Shown here: one piece after another, positions 1 to 8,767 of the stretch
Numbering within the stretch: position 1 is the first letter of the stretch
How the letters are laid out: each line of letters starts with the position of its first letter
Origin: an uncultured archaeon
Lineage (GTDB): Archaea > Asgardarchaeota > Heimdallarchaeia > Heimdallarchaeales > Heimdallarchaeaceae
Assembly: GCA_964534625.1 (NCBI GenBank)
Contig: CAZHRF010000041.1
Location: forward strand, 1 to 28,588
DNA length: 28,588 bases
Reading direction: 5' to 3'
Made by a program: the position numbers and the translations under genes
Notes under the pieces: model-generated
What the model was told of the DNA's origin: nothing
What the model saw: only the letters and a program-made list of their open reading frames with translations
Databases searched by the model: none

Positions 1-456
1 AATAGGTTCAGTAAAGATTCTGTTGTCTCTATACTTGAACCATAGCTTAATTTTTGGTACTTTAATCTTCTTTTTCTTAAAATCTATCTTTACGTTGTTG
101 TTAACATTGTAGGTCGTAAAACTTTGACGAGGGTGTTTCTTGGACTTAAAATTGGGGTATCCCCGTGTTCCTTTGAAAAACTCTTTGAACGCCCGTTCTA
201 GGTGTATTCGTTCTTCTTGTAACGCCCTACTCCCCACGTCTTTCAGGAACGTATACGCTTGTTTATACTCCTTTTCTGTTTTATAGGTGTACTCGTACAG
301 TTCTTCTTTGTTGTCTTTTAGTTTTTCGTATATCTCTTTTCGTTCCGCTAGCATGTTATTCCATAGGAACCTACAACACCCGAAGGTCTTTATGAGCCTC
401 TGTTCTTGTTCTTTAGTGGGGTATATTCTCACCTTATATGCTCTGTTGACCTTCAT
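1..456 (-). CDS. tnpB: IS200/IS605-family RNA-guided endonuclease TnpB, N-terminal part (runs off the window edge)
   Basis: Not in the ORF track. Manual translation from ATG at 456 is open to position 1: MKVNRAYKVRIYPTKEQEQRLIKTFGCCRFLWNNMLAERKEIY...ALQEERIHLERAFKEFFKGTRGYPNFKSKKHPRQSFTT. This has the typical TnpB N-terminal HTH (YKxRIYPTxEQ, FGCxRFxWN) and GYPxFKSKK motifs. Confidence 0.95.
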   Translation of the reverse strand, partial: MKVNRAYKVRIYPTKEQEQRLIKTFGCCRFLWNNMLAERKEIYEKLKDNKEELYEYTYKTEKEYKQAYTFLKDVGSRALQEERIHLERAFKEFFKGTRGYPNFKSKKHPRQSFTTYNVNNNVKIDFKKKKIKVPKIKLWFKYRDNRIFTEPI

Positions 457-486
457 CTCATCCTTCTCTTAGTTTTTTTTCTTCAA

Positions 487-568
487 AAATGTTTGTATGC
501 TAAAACGTGTATTGTTTTTTCTTCTTTTCATCCCCACCCTCAAGGACGGGGTTTTCAAGAAGACGTTC
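487..568 (-). mobile_element. IS200/IS605 left end (subterminal hairpin plus promoter region); no tnpA between it and tnpB
   Basis: Minus strand reads GAACGTCTTCTTGAAAACCCCGTCCTTGAGGGTGGGGATGAAAAGAAG, an imperfect GC-rich hairpin upstream of tnpB. Positions 521-568 match 11228-11275 at 44/48 nt. Confidence 0.85.
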
Positions 569-648
569 AAATAAAAAAATTAATTAGTGTATATTTTGTC
601 ACTTCAAGTAACATTATCTATTTACATAAGAACATTGGAGTTGAAAAT

Positions 649-2760
649 GTGAGAAAGAGTATAAAAGTAATTTCGATTGCATTAATTGTTGGTATTGGTA
701 TAGTTGGTATTGGTATAGGTGTATTTTTTATACAGAAAATTAAGACGAGAGATGTTAACCCATTTAATATTGAGGATGCACCTCAGTATATAATAAAAGC
801 TAGGGATAATATAAAAGACAAATTAGATAATGGAACATTTTCATGGGCGGATATGGGTACGTTTATTACTTTTTCTCAGTATTTGGCAGATAACAGTCCA
901 ACTATTTTAGGATTGGTAAAGGGATGGACTGATTTGATCCTTTTTAATATCACAGGTATTGGGGATAACAAAGATATGTGGTTTATTACTGGCAATGATT
1001 CTCTTCTTGTAGAGGCAGGACAATATCCGTTTGATTCTTATGATATCTTAATATTACTTAGTTTTGATACATTTACTTCTATATTAAGACAAGATGCAAC
1101 CCCACTTTCAGCTTTTCAAGCAGGTAATTTGGATTTTGAAGGTAATTTCGATAAAGTGTTGAATGTAGCACAAATAGCTGAAATTGCAAGTGCCACAATT
1201 AACGATCAAACTATTGGTGCTGATACATCTGGTCCTTCATTTAATATAACAGAAAGCATATTGGGGTCGTATAAACCCGGTTTAACCATTGTTCCTAGTT
1301 TTGAAATAGGAATTGTACCCGACAGAATAGGGGAACACCACCAATCTATCATAAGATATGGCGAAACTTTTATTTTTGACCATCAAGGAAAAGTGATAGC
1401 CTCATTAGATGCTGCATCACACTCTGCATTTAAAGTGATAAACTCATCTACAATAGTTATGGGGGGTCAAGGGGGATATTTAGAGTTATGGAATTATAAA
1501 ACGGGAGTAATTGAACAATTAAGTGTTCCAGGTGGGCATCATGATTTTGACTATAATCCTGAAACTGACACATTTATGATTTTAGAATATCAATATACTG
1601 ATGAGACATGGAATGGGCAAGATGTAATCTATGACAAGATTGTTGAATATAGTCGTGATGGACAAATAATTTGGGAGTGGAAGGGTCAAACATATTATCC
1701 ATTCAACGAAACCAGATATATTAGGCTTGGTGTAAATCATACTTTTAGAGGGGGGATAGATTGGATGCATAGTAATAGTTTTGTCTGGGATAAAGCAAAC
1801 AATCATATTTATCTTAGTGTAAGAAACCTAAATAGCATTTTAAAAATTGATTATAATACAAAAGAAATTATGTATGAAGCAGGAGAATTTGGCAATTTTG
1901 CTTTATATGATAAAGATGGGAATGAAAAAGATACACATTGGAATTTTCCACATGGATTAAGAATGATAGATGAAAATACATTTTTGCTTTTTGATAATGA
2001 TCTCTATAATCGCTCCAATCCAGACACTATGAATCTTTCATTTTCTCAAGGACATTCGAGGTTTGTTGAATTTACTATTGATGAAGATTATAAAACAATG
2101 AATGAAACATGGTCATGGACACCTGATGATCCTGACTATTACTTCCCAGAATCTGGAGGTAATGCTATAAGATTACCTGGGGGTAATACTTTGGGTATCT
2201 TTAAAAATAAAGCTTTGGTGCTAAACATACCTGAACCTACATTATTAACTGAAGTTACCCCCACAGGAGAAATAGCTTGGGAATTTGAGATTGATGGAGA
2301 AAATGTTACTTATTATTGGAGTCAAAATATCGAAAGACTCTATGAAAGACCTATTATACAAATCAATAAACAAACACTAGATCTCGAAAGCGGTACTCTC
2401 TATGTTAATCTCTCTACTTGGAATAATTATCTTGAAGATGTTCCGTCAGATGCAACAGTAAAGGTAGTTACAGAAAGTGAAACAATTTATGAGTATGACT
2501 TTACTTTTGCTAAGAACTGGCAAGAAACACATCTGATCATAAATATAACAAGCCTGCCTACATTTGATAAGCTTAGTATTATTGTTGAAAACAAAGATGG
2601 TGTTGAAGGCGTTTTTGTGTTATATTCAAGCCCAAATACTGGTAAAGTGGGTTCAAGTAACATAGTAGTTAGTACAGCAAGCATATTGATTTCTCTTTCT
2701 ATGGTAACTATGGTCATGTTAAGAAAGAGAAAAAAACAAAAAAAACTCATAATAATATAA
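649..2760 (+). CDS. Membrane-anchored SCP2 lipid/sterol-binding domain + aryl-sulfate sulfotransferase (ASST-like beta-propeller) fusion
   Basis: Start is probably GTG at 649 (GGAG RBS upstream); the ORF extension to 406 overlaps tnpB and the IS end. N-terminal TM (IALIVGIGIVGIGIGVFFI); SCP2-like DILILLSFDTFTSILRQDATPLSAFQAGNLDFEGN; ASST His motifs GHHDF, DWMHSNS, FPHG, plus LLFDND and GNAIRLPGGNTL; C-terminal TM with a basic tail. Confidence 0.8.
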   Translation: MRKSIKVISIALIVGIGIVGIGIGVFFIQKIKTRDVNPFNIEDAPQYIIKARDNIKDKLDNGTFSWADMGTFITFSQYLADNSPTILGLVKGWTDLILFNITGIGDNKDMWFITGNDSLLVEAGQYPFDSYDILILLSFDTFTSILRQDATPLSAFQAGNLDFEGNFDKVLNVAQIAEIASATINDQTIGADTSGPSFNITESILGSYKPGLTIVPSFEIGIVPDRIGEHHQSIIRYGETFIFDHQGKVIASLDAASHSAFKVINSSTIVMGGQGGYLELWNYKTGVIEQLSVPGGHHDFDYNPETDTFMILEYQYTDETWNGQDVIYDKIVEYSRDGQIIWEWKGQTYYPFNETRYIRLGVNHTFRGGIDWMHSNSFVWDKANNHIYLSVRNLNSILKIDYNTKEIMYEAGEFGNFALYDKDGNEKDTHWNFPHGLRMIDENTFLLFDNDLYNRSNPDTMNLSFSQGHSRFVEFTIDEDYKTMNETWSWTPDDPDYYFPESGGNAIRLPGGNTLGIFKNKALVLNIPEPTLLTEVTPTGEIAWEFEIDGENVTYYWSQNIERLYERPIIQINKQTLDLESGTLYVNLSTWNNYLEDVPSDATVKVVTESETIYEYDFTFAKNWQETHLIINITSLPTFDKLSIIVENKDGVEGVFVLYSSPNTGKVGSSNIVVSTASILISLSMVTMVMLRKRKKQKKLIII

Positions 2761-2765
2761 CATTC

Positions 2766-2813
2766 TGAACGGAATAAGAGGAAATATGAACGGAATAAGA
2801 GGAAATATGAACG
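2766..2813 (+). repeat. 21-bp tandem repeat, about 2.3 copies (TGAACGGAATAAGAGGAAATA)
   Basis: Exact copies at 2766-2786 and 2787-2807, plus partial TGAACG. It duplicates the RBS and start region of the sulfotransferase. Confidence 0.95.
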
Positions 2814-3955
2814 CTCATAAACATTATAAAAGGTTGAAACGTTCCAAAAACAAACCATTTAAATTTCCCCTAGAAATGTATTATGTAGCAAAGTTTTTTG
2901 AAAATAATAAAGGATCCGCTTTAAAATTACATGAAATAGAAAATATCATTCTTAGAAACAAAATCAATAAAATAAAAATTGATCGCCCGATTTATGTAAC
3001 GGGACTTGCAAGGTCAGGAACAACTATAACAACAGAAATGTTAATGAAGCATTGTACTGTAGCTACTCACAAATACCTACACATGGTTATGCCTTATGTA
3101 CCATTTATCATTCAAAAACTGGCAAATATCGTACCCCTATTTGAAGATAAACTAGAACGACTACATCAAGATAGGATTGTAGTAGATAAAGAGAGCCCTG
3201 AAGCAGTAGAAGAATGGTTTTGGAAAGATTGGTTTAGTTCGATTTTTAGGGAAGAAAAAAGTAATATTTTCGATAACAAAGATACAAATAAGTCATTTGA
3301 AAGATTCTATAGGTATCATATTCGCAAGTTAATAATTAGTCAAAATGCTTCTAGATATGTTGTAAAAAACAATTACAATATAGCCAGAACGGAATATTTG
3401 CAAAAACTATTTCCAGATGCAAAATTTATCTTTCTAGTGCGAAATCCTATTAATCACATAGCATCATTAATAAAACAAGATTATCTGTTTTTAGAAATGC
3501 AAAGAAAGAATCCTAGGCTATTAGATTGGACAAAAATTATAGGACATAGAGAGTTTGGATCAGCAAAAGTAAGCATAAATTTGAATGACTATGAAACAAC
3601 AAAAAAAATTAGAGAAATGTGGGACAAGAAAGAAACCTACATTACTGGATGGGCTATCTATTGGAATTCAATATATTCGTATTTACACAAAAAGCTAGAT
3701 TCTAATAAACAACTTGCTCAATCATCTATCATAATTAAATACGAAGATATGTGCGGTAGATCAAAAGAAATTATAGAAAAAATTATTTCCCATACAGAAT
3801 TAAGTACAGATAAATATCAACATATAATGAAAGAGTACGCAAATAAGCTAAATAGACCCAAATATTACAAACACACTTTTACTGAAAAAGAGATTAACAC
3901 TATAAACAACTTAACAAAAGAAACAGCTAAAAAATTTGGATATATTTTATTTTAA
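2786..3955 (+). CDS. PAPS-dependent sulfotransferase (Sulfotransfer_3-like)
   Basis: PIYVTGLARSGTT (5'-PSB loop), FLVRNPINHIAS (3'-PB motif), IKYEDM, SPEAVEEWFW. Alternative in-frame ATG at 2807. Confidence 0.9.
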   Translation: MNGIRGNMNAHKHYKRLKRSKNKPFKFPLEMYYVAKFFENNKGSALKLHEIENIILRNKINKIKIDRPIYVTGLARSGTTITTEMLMKHCTVATHKYLHMVMPYVPFIIQKLANIVPLFEDKLERLHQDRIVVDKESPEAVEEWFWKDWFSSIFREEKSNIFDNKDTNKSFERFYRYHIRKLIISQNASRYVVKNNYNIARTEYLQKLFPDAKFIFLVRNPINHIASLIKQDYLFLEMQRKNPRLLDWTKIIGHREFGSAKVSINLNDYETTKKIREMWDKKETYITGWAIYWNSIYSYLHKKLDSNKQLAQSSIIIKYEDMCGRSKEIIEKIISHTELSTDKYQHIMKEYANKLNRPKYYKHTFTEKEINTINNLTKETAKKFGYILF

Positions 3956-4103
3956 AAATGGAGTAAAGGAGATAGCAAGTCAGTATTTGTGTTGATTTTT
4001 GATTAAGTTTACTTGTTGTACTATGTATTTTATCCTACGGGGATTATGGAAGTATTGGTTTTTCAGAAGAGAAGACAAGAGAAAAGGAAGAGATTACGCA
4101 TTC

Positions 4104-4781
4104 TTAGAGTAAAGCAATAGCCCTAATTAAATCTGCACAATCTTCAATTAAGTCGCTTGATCCTTCAATGTCTTTTATAGCATGATCTAGGATAATAAGA
4201 GCTCCAGCTGAATTATTTTCTGTCTTATTAATCATGTCATACTTAAGTTGTTTATAGATCCCATCTATGTCAGATTCTATTTTATCAACAAGTTTGATTT
4301 TTTTTCTGATTTTTTCCAACTCTGCATTAAGTACCAAATCAAAACTTTCAATAAAGGCTTGTGCTTGCTCAGAGAGGAGTGAAAAGATCTTTTTCATTTT
4401 AGCTTTGATGTCTATATGAAAGTCTTGATCAATTAGCAGGAGTAGATTGTCTGTCCCGCGTTTAATAGAACCTGCTGCTGTATCAGCGAGTTTGATGAAA
4501 GATAGCAAGTCATTACGTATGTATTTGGGCGTTTCTCCCGATGATAATTGATCAATAATTTCTGCTTCAATTTCATCAGCTATATCTTCTTCTTCTTTAA
4601 TTAAATTGAAAGAATTTTGTGCTGCTTCTTTATCTACTTCCAGCCAAAAATCAAAAAATATTTCTGCATTGTTAATGATGTGAACAATGTGAACTATATG
4701 TTCTCGAATACGTTCTAGAATCCTTGATTCTCTTCTCTTTTTTAACCATTCTCTTAAATTTCTTGTGCTCATTTTTTTCAC
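4104..4781 (-). CDS. DUF47 / PhoU-like transport regulator
   Basis: Two helical repeats with ExxAD...RxDL...AD and ExxxD...ExxSDxxEDxAD motifs. Overlaps the stop codon of the upstream ABC ATPase. Start is 4781 (GTG) or 4772 (ATG). Confidence 0.8.
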   Translation of the reverse strand: MKKMSTRNLREWLKKRRESRILERIREHIVHIVHIINNAEIFFDFWLEVDKEAAQNSFNLIKEEEDIADEIEAEIIDQLSSGETPKYIRNDLLSFIKLADTAAGSIKRGTDNLLLLIDQDFHIDIKAKMKKIFSLLSEQAQAFIESFDLVLNAELEKIRKKIKLVDKIESDIDGIYKQLKYDMINKTENNSAGALIILDHAIKDIEGSSDLIEDCADLIRAIALL

Positions 4782-5893
4782 TCTTGTTTTATTATTTTAT
4801 TTAATTCTGATTGATTGTGCAAAAACAACCTGTAATCATCTTTATCAGTAGCAAAAAGTACCTGATCCCCTATTTTTTTAGGGAAGTTTTTGCCTATTAA
4901 TTCTCTCCCCTTAATAATTATTCCATTGACATCTACATGAAATTCATAGAAATCTCCTATACACTTAATATCCATAAGTTTTGCTGATAAAACATTATCA
5001 TAACTTATTTTTTCTTTTTCTGTAATAGCATAAATATCTACCAGTTCAGCAGGGAGAAGTGAAATAACTTTTGTACTTTGATCATATTCTGTTTCTACTG
5101 CAATTTTTGTCCCATTATCTAGTTCAAGATATTTTTTCCTCGTGTTTTTTTCCATACTAATTACCCCTTCTAAAACTGTTGATTCGGTAAGGAAATTAGC
5201 TATATACAATGATTTAGGATTATTATATACTTCTTTTGGCGTCCCAATTTGTACAATTTGTCCTTCATTAAAAACAGCTATTTTATCTGCAACTCTCATT
5301 GCTTCTCTGGTGTCATGGGTGGCATGGATACATGTTATACCTAAATCTTTGACTAGTTTTCGTAATTCGATTTGCAATTTTTCTCTTATTTTCGCATCTA
5401 ATGCTCTAAGAGGATCGTCCATGATTAATACTCTGGGATTAGCATTAATAGCCCTTGCAAGTGCAACACGTTGTTTTTGTCCTCCACTAATCTCTGAAGG
5501 GAAACTCTCTTCTTTACCATCAATATTTAGTAGATGTAGAAGTTCATTACTAATAGCTTTTGAATCGTCTATATCTAACTGTTTGACCATTGGTCCAAAT
5601 AACAGATTTGATTCAACATTTAGATGTGGAAAAAGATTGTATTCTTCGAAGACAAAGCCTATCTCTCGATCCTCAGCAGGAATACTAGTTACATCTTGAG
5701 AATCAAAGTAAATTTTACCTGCAGTAGGAGAAATTAAACCCGCAAGTAAATACATGGTAGTTGTTTTACCCGCTCCTGTTGGTCCTAAAACAGCCAAATA
5801 TTCTCCATCACCTATTTCAAGAGAAATATTATCTATAGCTTTAATTTCTCCTCCATAAACCTTTGTTAAATTTTCTAATGTTATATATACCAT
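4778..5893 (-). CDS. ABC importer ATP-binding subunit (PotA/CysA/MalK class), degenerate Walker B and Q-loop
   Basis: Walker A GPTGAGKT, Q-loop GFVFEEY (E for Q), signature ISGGQKQR, Walker B LIMDDP (D for E), H-loop ATHD, TOBE-like C-terminus. Confidence 0.93.
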   Translation of the reverse strand: MVYITLENLTKVYGGEIKAIDNISLEIGDGEYLAVLGPTGAGKTTTMYLLAGLISPTAGKIYFDSQDVTSIPAEDREIGFVFEEYNLFPHLNVESNLLFGPMVKQLDIDDSKAISNELLHLLNIDGKEESFPSEISGGQKQRVALARAINANPRVLIMDDPLRALDAKIREKLQIELRKLVKDLGITCIHATHDTREAMRVADKIAVFNEGQIVQIGTPKEVYNNPKSLYIANFLTESTVLEGVISMEKNTRKKYLELDNGTKIAVETEYDQSTKVISLLPAELVDIYAITEKEKISYDNVLSAKLMDIKCIGDFYEFHVDVNGIIIKGRELIGKNFPKKIGDQVLFATDKDDYRLFLHNQSELNKIIKQE

Positions 5894-5898
5894 ATAGA

Positions 5899-7017
5899 TT
5901 ACATCTCCAAAGCAGATTGAAGGCCTTCTTCAGGAAAGTGATAACAACGTGTGTAATATGGATTGATTTTAACGTTGATTTTTTCACCAATTGAAAATTG
6001 CAAAGGATTCTTCGAATGAATTTTGGCCTCAATTATTTGTTGATTCTCTAATTTAACTTGAATTCTTCGATACAAACCTAAAAATCTGTCTGAAAGAATT
6101 GTACCTTGAATAGAGTTATTACTATCTTCTAAATTGGTTTGCTGATTACTAATTTTCTTTACATCAAAAAACTCTCTTCTGATTGCGATTAAGATTCTTC
6201 TCCCTTTTTCAATACCCGCATTATGGGCTTGGATAGTAGACAGTCCCACTCTTATCTTTGCAAATCTTTTACTGTCATCTAAGACAACACCTGTAATAAA
6301 ATCTGATTCTCCAACAAAAAATGAACTAAAAACATGAGTAGGATAGTAGACCAAATCTTCTGGGGTTCCTATTTGGATTAGTTTGCCTTTATTCATAACT
6401 ATTACTCGATCACTAATTGACAGAGCCTCCGCTTGGTCATGAGTTACATGTATAGCTGTTAACCCTTCTTTTTTCACTAAATCTCGGAGGAAATTTTGAA
6501 ATTCTTCACGAACTTTCTGATCAAGAGCACCAATAGGTTCATCGAGGAGTAAAATTTTTGATTGAGACGCAAGAACTCTGGCTAAAGCTGCCTTTTGCAG
6601 CTCAGGTGCAGACAAATCTTTAGAAAAATTCTCTGCACGATTAGTTAAATTCACCCGTTTAAGTGCATCTTCAACAAGTGATTCTACTTCATTCTCAGAT
6701 TTTCCTCGCACTCGGGGACCATAGGCTACATTATCCCATATAGGCATGTGTGGGAAAATAGCGAAGTGTTGAAAAACAAATCCAACATGTCGATCTTGTA
6801 TCGTGATATCGTGCATAGGTTGATTATCAAAGAAGATTTTCCCATGCGTGGGTAAAATTATTCCCGCTATTAAACGTAACGTACTGGTTTTTCCGCATCC
6901 AGAAGGACCAATAAAAGTGACATATTCCCCATCTTCAATAATGCAACTAAAATCATCTACTGCTCGTACTTTATTATCATATATTTTTGTAACATGGTCT
7001 AAACGTATTTCTGGCAT
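5899..7017 (-). CDS. ABC importer ATP-binding subunit (PotA/CysA/MalK class), degenerate signature motif
   Basis: Start is likely ATG 7017 (MPEIRLDHV), just after the permease stop. Walker A GPSGCGKT, Q-loop VFQH, signature LSAPE (instead of LSGGQ), Walker B LLLDEP, H-loop VTHD. Confidence 0.93.
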   Translation of the reverse strand: MPEIRLDHVTKIYDNKVRAVDDFSCIIEDGEYVTFIGPSGCGKTSTLRLIAGIILPTHGKIFFDNQPMHDITIQDRHVGFVFQHFAIFPHMPIWDNVAYGPRVRGKSENEVESLVEDALKRVNLTNRAENFSKDLSAPELQKAALARVLASQSKILLLDEPIGALDQKVREEFQNFLRDLVKKEGLTAIHVTHDQAEALSISDRVIVMNKGKLIQIGTPEDLVYYPTHVFSSFFVGESDFITGVVLDDSKRFAKIRVGLSTIQAHNAGIEKGRRILIAIRREFFDVKKISNQQTNLEDSNNSIQGTILSDRFLGLYRRIQVKLENQQIIEAKIHSKNPLQFSIGEKINVKINPYYTRCYHFPEEGLQSALEM

Positions 7018-7018
7018 G

Positions 7019-8767
7019 TCAATCATCTGAACGTGAAGAGAGTAAACGAAGGGCAACAAGTAACAAGAATGAAATCACAATAAGTATCATTGCAGAGAAA
7101 GCTGCAGCAGGGAATATTGAAGATTCAAAAAAATCTACAATCAGCACAGGAATAGTTCTTTCCATGCCCATACAAATAATCGTAGCACCTGTTTCACTCA
7201 TTGAACGTGTAAAGGTCATTATCGAAGCTGCGATGAGTCCATTAAATAAAAATGGTAAAGTAATTTTCCTAAATGTTGATACTTTTGATGCGCCGAAAGC
7301 AAAGGACGCCTCGTCATACATTTTTGGAATGGATTCGAATGCACCTACTAAAGGTTTGACGCAGAAGGGATACGTAAAAGACAGATGTGCCATAATAATC
7401 ATCCAAAACCCTGGAGACATAAGATTGAGACCATTTGAGCCCCAAAGGAAAAAGATACTAAAACCTAAAGCAGAACTAGGAATAACTAAAGGGACATCAA
7501 CCAGCGCTTCAAGCGTATTGCGTATTTTTTCGTTTTTTGATTTGACAATATACAGTGCCATGGGTGTAGCAATAATGAGATTTAATATTGTAACTATTAG
7601 TGCTATTTCGGTTGAGGTAACAAGAGCATGAATAATTTCATCTAATTTTTTATCTGGGGCATGGAAAACTTGATAGATCATCCCTTGTTCGAATTCGCCT
7701 GTGAAGGGAGATTTTCCCCACCATTGAAAAAGAAAAATGATCACAAATAAAGCAGGTATAAAAACAAAAAGTAAAAATAACCCCATAGCAATGACATTTC
7801 GGCTAATAACCACTTTTTTTGAACTGAGCTTACGCTCAAATTGGGGGAAAATTTTCTTCCATGGCAGTCCTACTTTTCTTGCAAAAAGTCTAACAGAGGT
7901 TAGCAAAGTTAAACTAATTAAAATAAGTATTAAAGCTAAGAAAGCTGTAGTTGGGATCTTAAGGCTCTTCATCCAGCTAACAATAACAACAGGAGCAGTT
8001 TGATATACTCCAGCAACAATTAATGTGGCACCTGTTTCACCTAACGATCGCGTGAAAGCTAAAACCGTACCTGCCAATAAGCTTTCTTTTACAAGAGGTA
8101 GAGAAATCAATTTAAATATAGTAAAAGGTGGAGCACCTAAAGTCTGAGCTGCTTTTTCAAGATTAACATCAAGATCATCAATTATGGCTTTAACTGAGCG
8201 AGTTACATAAGGGAAACTAAAAGCTATATGTGTTAATATAATCAGTATAGGACCTTGACTGATTAAACCGACCTCTGAGTTAATTAAACGGCTGATGCCA
8301 TTGTTTGTTCCCCAAAATAAATAGATGCTAAAACCTAATGCAGAAGTTGGAACTGCCATCGGAAGATCAACTAATGTGTCAAGGAGATTTTTACCTTTAA
8401 AGTTATATCTGGCCAAAATCCACGCAATTGGGACTCCAACAAGAAGATCAAAAATTGTTACTATGGCAGCAATTTGAAGCGATAACAGAATAGACCTCAT
8501 CATTATCTTAAAAGCTTGATTGCCTAAAATAGGATCGTTGAAAACTTCTGTCATAATTTCTGACCAATTGAGGAGAATTGTAGATAATAAATATAAAATA
8601 GGTCCTAAAACTATAAGAATAAACATACCTACCGTAATTATTTTTCCTGCTTTTACAACTGTGTCAGTAGAAAGAAATCGCTCTATTGAAAGAATAGTTG
8701 TTCTTATTCGTTGCTCTACTTGATCAAATCTGTTTAGAGGATGGTCTTTTTCTGTCTTAGTAGTCAT
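7019..8767 (-). CDS. ABC permease with two fused BPD_transp_1 domains (CysT/CysW/ModB/FbpB-like)
   Basis: Duplicated motifs DLPMAVPTSALG / DVPLVIPSSALG, EAA loops LEKAAQTLGA / YDEASFAFGA, RSLGETGAT / RSMSETGAT. AGGAG RBS precedes ATG 8767. Confidence 0.9.
   Translation of the reverse strand: MTTKTEKDHPLNRFDQVEQRIRTTILSIERFLSTDTVVKAGKIITVGMFILIVLGPILYLLSTILLNWSEIMTEVFNDPILGNQAFKIMMRSILLSLQIAAIVTIFDLLVGVPIAWILARYNFKGKNLLDTLVDLPMAVPTSALGFSIYLFWGTNNGISRLINSEVGLISQGPILIILTHIAFSFPYVTRSVKAIIDDLDVNLEKAAQTLGAPPFTIFKLISLPLVKESLLAGTVLAFTRSLGETGATLIVAGVYQTAPVVIVSWMKSLKIPTTAFLALILILISLTLLTSVRLFARKVGLPWKKIFPQFERKLSSKKVVISRNVIAMGLFLLFVFIPALFVIIFLFQWWGKSPFTGEFEQGMIYQVFHAPDKKLDEIIHALVTSTEIALIVTILNLIIATPMALYIVKSKNEKIRNTLEALVDVPLVIPSSALGFSIFFLWGSNGLNLMSPGFWMIIMAHLSFTYPFCVKPLVGAFESIPKMYDEASFAFGASKVSTFRKITLPFLFNGLIAASIMTFTRSMSETGATIICMGMERTIPVLIVDFFESSIFPAAAFSAMILIVISFLLLVALRLLSSRSDD

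Noticed and set aside
406-648. N-terminal extension of the 784-aa ORF and the 287-472 ORF
   Set aside because: They overlap the antisense of tnpB and the IS left end. GTG 649 has an RBS and is followed directly by a signal/TM segment.
5142-8723. Antisense ORFs within the ABC operon (and similar ones inside the giant, LRR, MFS and TPR genes)
   Set aside because: Shadow frames of well-supported genes, with no motifs.
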